Source: an uncultured Desulfatitalea sp.
Lineage (GTDB): Bacteria; Desulfobacterota; Desulfobacteria; Desulfobacterales; Desulfosarcinaceae
Length of the DNA: 64,000 nucleotides
NCBI GenBank assembly: GCA_963668675.2
Contig: CAXXMB010000002.1
Span: 1,696,001-1,760,000, forward strand
Reading direction: 5' to 3'
The stretch's first letter is position 1. Each line of letters opens with the position of its first letter. The translations under genes and the position numbers were made by a program. Of the stretch, positions 59,584 through 64,000 are shown one piece after another. The notes beneath the pieces were generated by a model, which saw only the letters and a program-made list of their open reading frames with translations, did no database searches and was not told the DNA's origin.

Positions 59584-60936
59584 ATGCCAATACTTTACGC
59601 TAAAGCCAAACTCGGCCCTCTATCATTCCAGAACCATCTGGTCATGTCGCCGATGACGCGCAGTCGCGCCACCGAAAATATGCCGAACGCGCTCATGGCG
59701 AAATATTATGCGCAACGTGCCTCGGCCGGACTCATTATTACCGAGGGCACTTCGCCCTCACCCAATGGGTTGGGTTACCCACGCATACCGGGAATATTTT
59801 CCCCGGCCCAGGTCGAGGGCTGGAAACGCACTACCGATGCGGTGCACGCCAAGGGCGCGAAGATATTCATCCAGATCATGCACTGTGGCCGAATCGCCCA
59901 TCCGCTGAATCTGCCAGCGGGGGCCCACGTCCTGGCGCCTTCGGCCGTGAAGGCCGCCGGCGAGATGAACACGGATGCCGAGGGTAAAAAGCCCCATCCC
60001 GTGCCCCAGGCCATGACCGCCGCGGATATCAAGGCCACCATCGCAGAGTATGTTCAAGCCGCGCAAAACGCCGTGAAAGCAGGTTTTGACGGCATCGAGC
60101 TGCACAGCGCGAACGGCTATCTGCTCGAACAGTTCATCCGTCCGAACACGAATCAACGCAAGGATGATTACGGCGGTCCCATCGAGAACCGTGCGCGATT
60201 TGTGCTGGAAACGGCCAAGGCAGTAATTGACGCCATCGGCAAGCAGATGGTGGGCATCCGCCTTTCGCCCTTCGGCGTATTCAACGATATGCCCTTGTAC
60301 GACGCGATGATGGCGGATTACACCTACCTGGCCCAACAACTCAACACCCTCGGCCTGGTTTATATCCACCTTGTGGATCACTCGTCCATGGGCACACCGC
60401 CGGTACCCGATGCCATCAAAACGACATTCCGCAAGCTATTCAAGCCCACCTTAATTCTCTCCGGTGGTTACGATGCCGAGCGTGCCGAGAGCGACCTGGT
60501 TGCGGGCAAATGCGATCTCATCGCCGTGGGGCGACCTTTCCTTGCCAACCCCGACCTGGTGGAAAGATGGAGAACCGGTGCGGCATTAAACGTGCCGGAT
60601 ATGGATACGTTTTATACATCGGGACCCGAGGGGTACACCGACTATCCGGCACTATTTAACCCGAAGCGTGGAGGTAAAATCATGGATAACGGCGCACTAT
60701 GTGAAAAAATACGTCAACTTTATCCGGATATAGGCGAATGCGGTATTGATGTAAGGGCTGAATATGATGAAGCCCAAAAAGCTTGGGTGGTTTATTTAAA
60801 GAGAGACAACCAGGCATTGAAGACCTATCTCGACGAGGGCGACGCCGAGAAGTGCATGATAGGAAACAAGTGTGTGGGCTTGAGCATTCAAGTTGCTCAA
60901 TTGAGGGGAAATATCGAAGAACTATCCGGTGATTGA
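59584..60936 (+). CDS. Old yellow enzyme (NemA-like alkene reductase) fused in frame to an 84-aa Cys-containing protein
   Basis: PMTRSRA, YYAQRASAG, HSANGYL, RLSP, GRPFLANPDL, GYTDYP; frame continues through internal GGAGG and ATG at 60682. Confidence 0.88.
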   Translation: MPILYAKAKLGPLSFQNHLVMSPMTRSRATENMPNALMAKYYAQRASAGLIITEGTSPSPNGLGYPRIPGIFSPAQVEGWKRTTDAVHAKGAKIFIQIMHCGRIAHPLNLPAGAHVLAPSAVKAAGEMNTDAEGKKPHPVPQAMTAADIKATIAEYVQAAQNAVKAGFDGIELHSANGYLLEQFIRPNTNQRKDDYGGPIENRARFVLETAKAVIDAIGKQMVGIRLSPFGVFNDMPLYDAMMADYTYLAQQLNTLGLVYIHLVDHSSMGTPPVPDAIKTTFRKLFKPTLILSGGYDAERAESDLVAGKCDLIAVGRPFLANPDLVERWRTGAALNVPDMDTFYTSGPEGYTDYPALFNPKRGGKIMDNGALCEKIRQLYPDIGECGIDVRAEYDEAQKAWVVYLKRDNQALKTYLDEGDAEKCMIGNKCVGLSIQVAQLRGNIEELSGD

Positions 60937-61274
60937 TGAAATTGCTTCTCGAAAATACGATATATGAGATTCAGGCAAGTCAAAAGTTTTATACTTTTAA
61001 TGTGCTAAGTAAAACTCATATTTCTTTCTGCGGATCACCTCATGAACATCCCCATGACCCTGAGACGATAATTCTAATTGTAAATCCTTTAAGCACTTTT
61101 TCCTCTTATTATGAATTCAGAATCAAGGATATCTCATATATAACAAAACTTCCCAGTCTTGTTAGCCCGGAAGGAGAAGCCATCCTCATGGCTCGAATTT
61201 GGGTAAAAAAGGGAAGCATCGGCATTCGCTCCAGCCCTTTTTGTGTTGAACACCAATATACTGTTGTCCCTTAA
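60936..61274 (+). CDS. Conserved hypothetical protein
   Basis: Coupled TGATG junction; F.GSP..HP.D...IIL..P and RIWVKKGS.G....PF pattern. Confidence 0.7.
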   Translation: MKLLLENTIYEIQASQKFYTFNVLSKTHISFCGSPHEHPHDPETIILIVNPLSTFSSYYEFRIKDISYITKLPSLVSPEGEAILMARIWVKKGSIGIRSSPFCVEHQYTVVP

Positions 61275-61361
61275 GATTGATGGACTTGTATTAAGTCCGA
61301 TTTTACCATGAAGCGCATGAAGATCATGAAGGAAAAATATTACATCAAAGGGAGAAGAAAA

Positions 61362-61739
61362 ATGGCCAAAAAACTGGAAGTTTACAAGTGTGACGTTTGC
61401 GGAAATATAGTCGAAGTATTGCATGGCGGCGAAGGTGAACTGGTCTGTTGCGGCCAGCCGATGAAATTGCAAACTGAAAATACGATGGATGCCGCCAAGG
61501 AAAAACATGTGCCGGTCATTGAGAAGATTTCCGGCGGCGTCAAGGTCAAGATTGGCAGTGTCGCGCATCCCATGGAAGAAAAACACGCTATTGAATGGAT
61601 AGAGATTATTGCCGACGGCAAGGCATATCGGCAGTTTTTAAAGCCGGGGGATAAACCGGAATCGACCTTCCAGATTAAGGCTGAAAAGATTCGGGCAAGA
61701 GAGTACTGCAATCTTCATGGCCTTTGGAGTGGACAATAG
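61362..61739 (+). CDS. dfx: Desulfoferrodoxin (2Fe superoxide reductase)
   Basis: CDVCGN..CCG centre I; EKHVP, HPMEEKH, CNLH centre II. Confidence 0.96.
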   Translation: MAKKLEVYKCDVCGNIVEVLHGGEGELVCCGQPMKLQTENTMDAAKEKHVPVIEKISGGVKVKIGSVAHPMEEKHAIEWIEIIADGKAYRQFLKPGDKPESTFQIKAEKIRAREYCNLHGLWSGQ

Positions 61740-61809
61740 ACTCGCTGCAGGCAATTTTACCCCATCGGGTGACGAAAGTTGCAAAAGATAAAGAGGGTGG
61801 TGTCGGTGT

Positions 61810-61971
61810 ATGACAATCACTGACACCACCATCTTCGAGAAGGCGATTGCGGGCAGCCACCATTACGACGTGGACATTCGGGCCATGACACTTGAGGGCA
61901 AAGGCACCGCAGTCATTTACGAAGCCCTCAGTCAGCGCGACGTGCGGAGCGCCGACGACGCGTTCCGGCCG
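61810..61971 (+). pseudogene. Internal remnant of transaldolase
   Basis: TIFEKAIAGS..YD.DIR..IYEAL..DVR.A.D.FRP, the segment after the TSNP motif, which is degenerate here. Confidence 0.7.
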
Positions 61972-62009
61972 CGGCCGAGTTCACAACTCTCATTATGGAG
62001 ACATTAGAC

Positions 62010-64000
62010 GTGAAGGTGAGCGGCAAAAATATTCTCCGGTACCTACCCCTTTTGAAGGCGGCTCTCGGCAGAATCGGTCGGGCACAAACCTATGCCGACG
62101 ACGAGGCACCGTTGCGATCGGAGCTGTTCAGCAGCGACCACATGAAGCTGCATGGCAAAGCGCTGGCGCATTCTCACAAGCTGAGCCTGGGAAGCGCTTC
62201 GGACCAACTTTTGACACGCTTGGCCGAGAATGAAGCCATCCTGATCAACGTCCACCATCTGTTGACAGAGGCCGTTAAGAACAACCGCCGAAGTGCGCCG
62301 GCCGAAGAATGGCTGCTCGACAACTTCTATTTGATCGAAGAACAGATTCGAACGGCGAAGCGGCATCTTCCCAAGGGATACAGCCGGGAACTGCCGTGTT
62401 TGCGCAACGGCCCATCGGCAGGGTTCCCGGGTGTTTACGACATCGCGCTGGAGATCATTTCGCACGGCGATGGGCGGGCAGACCCGGAAAGTCTGACCAC
62501 TTTCGTTGCCGCCTACCAAACGGTGACCGTCCTGAAGCTTGGTGAACTGTGGGCCATCCCCATCATGTTGCGCCTGGCCCTGATCGAGAACGTTCGGCGG
62601 GTGACCGTCCGCATCGCGGCCGACAGGGTCGAGCACAACCGTGCTACCCATTGGGCCGACTTGATGATGCAGACCGCCGCCAAGGACCCCAAGGGGCTGA
62701 TTCTGGTGGTCGCCGACATGGCACGCTCCGACCCCCCGATGGCGGGGCCGTTTGTCGCGGAACTTGCACGCCGCCTGCAGGGCCAGGGGGCCGCCCTGAC
62801 CCTGCCCCTGACGTGGATTGAACAGCGGTTGGCCGAGTCCGGCAAGACCATCGAACAGTTGGTGAGCGCCGAGAACCAGCAACAGGCGGCCGACCAGGTC
62901 TCGATGAGCAACAGCATCGGCAGCCTGCGTTTCCTGGGCGCGATGGATTGGCGTGAGTTCGTCGAGACGATGAGCATTGTCGAGCAGACCCTGATGGAGG
63001 ATCCCGGCGATGTTTATGGCAAGATGGATTTCGTCACCCGTGACCGCTACCGCCACGTCGTGGAAAAGCTCGCAAGAAAAAGCCCCCACACCGAGAGCGA
63101 GGTGGCGCGCAAAGCAATTGTGCTGGCACAGGAAGGCCATGCGTTGAAAGGCGCCGATGACCGCGCGGCGCATGTCGGGTTCTACCTGATCGACGAGGGG
63201 CTGGCGCAGCTCGAACAAAGCGCGCGGGTGCATATAACGCCGGCGGCGGTGATCAGCGCGTTTTTCCGCCGGTTTGCGTTGCCGGCATACACCGGCACCA
63301 TTCTGCTGATCACGGCAATTGTCGCCGGGGGATTCGTGGTCAAGGCGCATGCCGATGGGGTGCGGGGCTGGGTTCTCGGTCTGCTCGGACTGCTATTGCT
63401 TCTGAGCGCCGGTCATCTGGCGGTGGCCCTGGTGAACTGGCTGGCCACGTTGCTGGCAGCCCCGCGCCCGCTGCCGCGCATGGATTTTTCAGAAGGGATA
63501 CCCCAACAATTGCGTACGCTGGTGGTGGTTCCGACCATGCTTACGAGCGTTGCGGCCATCGAAAAGCTGATCGAGGCCTTGGAGGTCCGCTTCCTGGCCA
63601 ATCGGGACGAGCATCTGCACTTCGGTCTGCTCACTGATTTTCGCGACGCTGTCACAGAAACGCTGCCGGAAGACGAACCCTTGCTGCGATTGGCCCGGCA
63701 GAGAATCGAAGCACTGAACGAAAAGTACCTGAATCCGGAAAGCGCTCCCTTTTTCCTGTTTCATCGCCCGCGCCGGTGGAATCCGCTGGACCGGATCTGG
63801 ATGGGGTACGAGCGCAAGCGCGGCAAGCTCACGGATTTGAATGGGCTTTTGCGTGGCGGGGCCCATGGCAACCCGGGGGATGCTTTCGCGCTGGTCATTG
63901 GTGACACGCGCGTTTTGGCGAACATCATATATGTGATCACCCTGGATACCGATACCCAGCTGGCGCGCGATTCGGCCTGGCAGTTTGTGGGCGCCATGGC
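62010..64000 (+). CDS. ndvB: Cyclic beta-1,2-glucan synthase (NdvB/Cgs family), 3'-truncated by window; absent from the ORF track
   Basis: GTG after GGAG; PLRSELFS, EWLLDNFY, LKLGELWAIPIMLRLALIEN, MDFVTRDRYRH, RTLVVVPTML, WMGYERKRGKL, YVITLDTDT. Confidence 0.92.
   Translation, partial: MKVSGKNILRYLPLLKAALGRIGRAQTYADDEAPLRSELFSSDHMKLHGKALAHSHKLSLGSASDQLLTRLAENEAILINVHHLLTEAVKNNRRSAPAEEWLLDNFYLIEEQIRTAKRHLPKGYSRELPCLRNGPSAGFPGVYDIALEIISHGDGRADPESLTTFVAAYQTVTVLKLGELWAIPIMLRLALIENVRRVTVRIAADRVEHNRATHWADLMMQTAAKDPKGLILVVADMARSDPPMAGPFVAELARRLQGQGAALTLPLTWIEQRLAESGKTIEQLVSAENQQQAADQVSMSNSIGSLRFLGAMDWREFVETMSIVEQTLMEDPGDVYGKMDFVTRDRYRHVVEKLARKSPHTESEVARKAIVLAQEGHALKGADDRAAHVGFYLIDEGLAQLEQSARVHITPAAVISAFFRRFALPAYTGTILLITAIVAGGFVVKAHADGVRGWVLGLLGLLLLLSAGHLAVALVNWLATLLAAPRPLPRMDFSEGIPQQLRTLVVVPTMLTSVAAIEKLIEALEVRFLANRDEHLHFGLLTDFRDAVTETLPEDEPLLRLARQRIEALNEKYLNPESAPFFLFHRPRRWNPLDRIWMGYERKRGKLTDLNGLLRGGAHGNPGDAFALVIGDTRVLANIIYVITLDTDTQLARDSAWQFVGAM

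Noticed and set aside
62043..63350. 435-aa minus-strand ORF, and similar long antisense ORFs such as 2457-3797, 20646-21914, 29132-30430 and 43538-44623
   Set aside because: Shadow frames opposite well-supported genes in GC-rich DNA, with no motifs of their own

Overview
This is a GC-rich bacterial chromosomal window. Gene content (desulfoferrodoxin, tupABC, sigma54 activator, 2-hydroxyacyl-CoA dehydratase, several hypotheticals typical of sulfate reducers) points to an anaerobic Desulfobacterota/deltaproteobacterium; this is an inference. Positions 1-45 kb are mostly core or metabolic: rnhB-yraN-rsmI-PPTase-betaCASP, a regulator-tupABC tungstate operon, a MinD/FlhG two-component trio, prmA, mgtE and pabA-pabBC. 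This part also holds a TetR-linked cluster encoding an acyl-CoA ligase, a radical 2-hydroxyacyl-CoA dehydratase with activator and a hydrolase, divergent from an ILVBL/HACL2-like TPP enzyme. From about 45 kb to the window end lies a co-oriented, more AT-rich mosaic island. It carries a desaturase, PAS-sigma54 activator, KhpA, B12-radical SAM, FtsH, ClsB, a coiled-coil-SOD fusion, RNase II, an OYE read-through fusion, desulfoferrodoxin, glgP and tal remnants, and the 5' end of a cyclic beta-1,2-glucan synthase. The best discovery leads are the 2-hydroxyacyl-CoA lyase/dehydratase locus, the sigma54 stress island with its visible enhancer and promoter, and a proline-containing leader ORF upstream of mgtE. 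I recognised no tRNA, rRNA, CRISPR array, integrase or transposase. All calls come from motif recognition by eye, without database searches.
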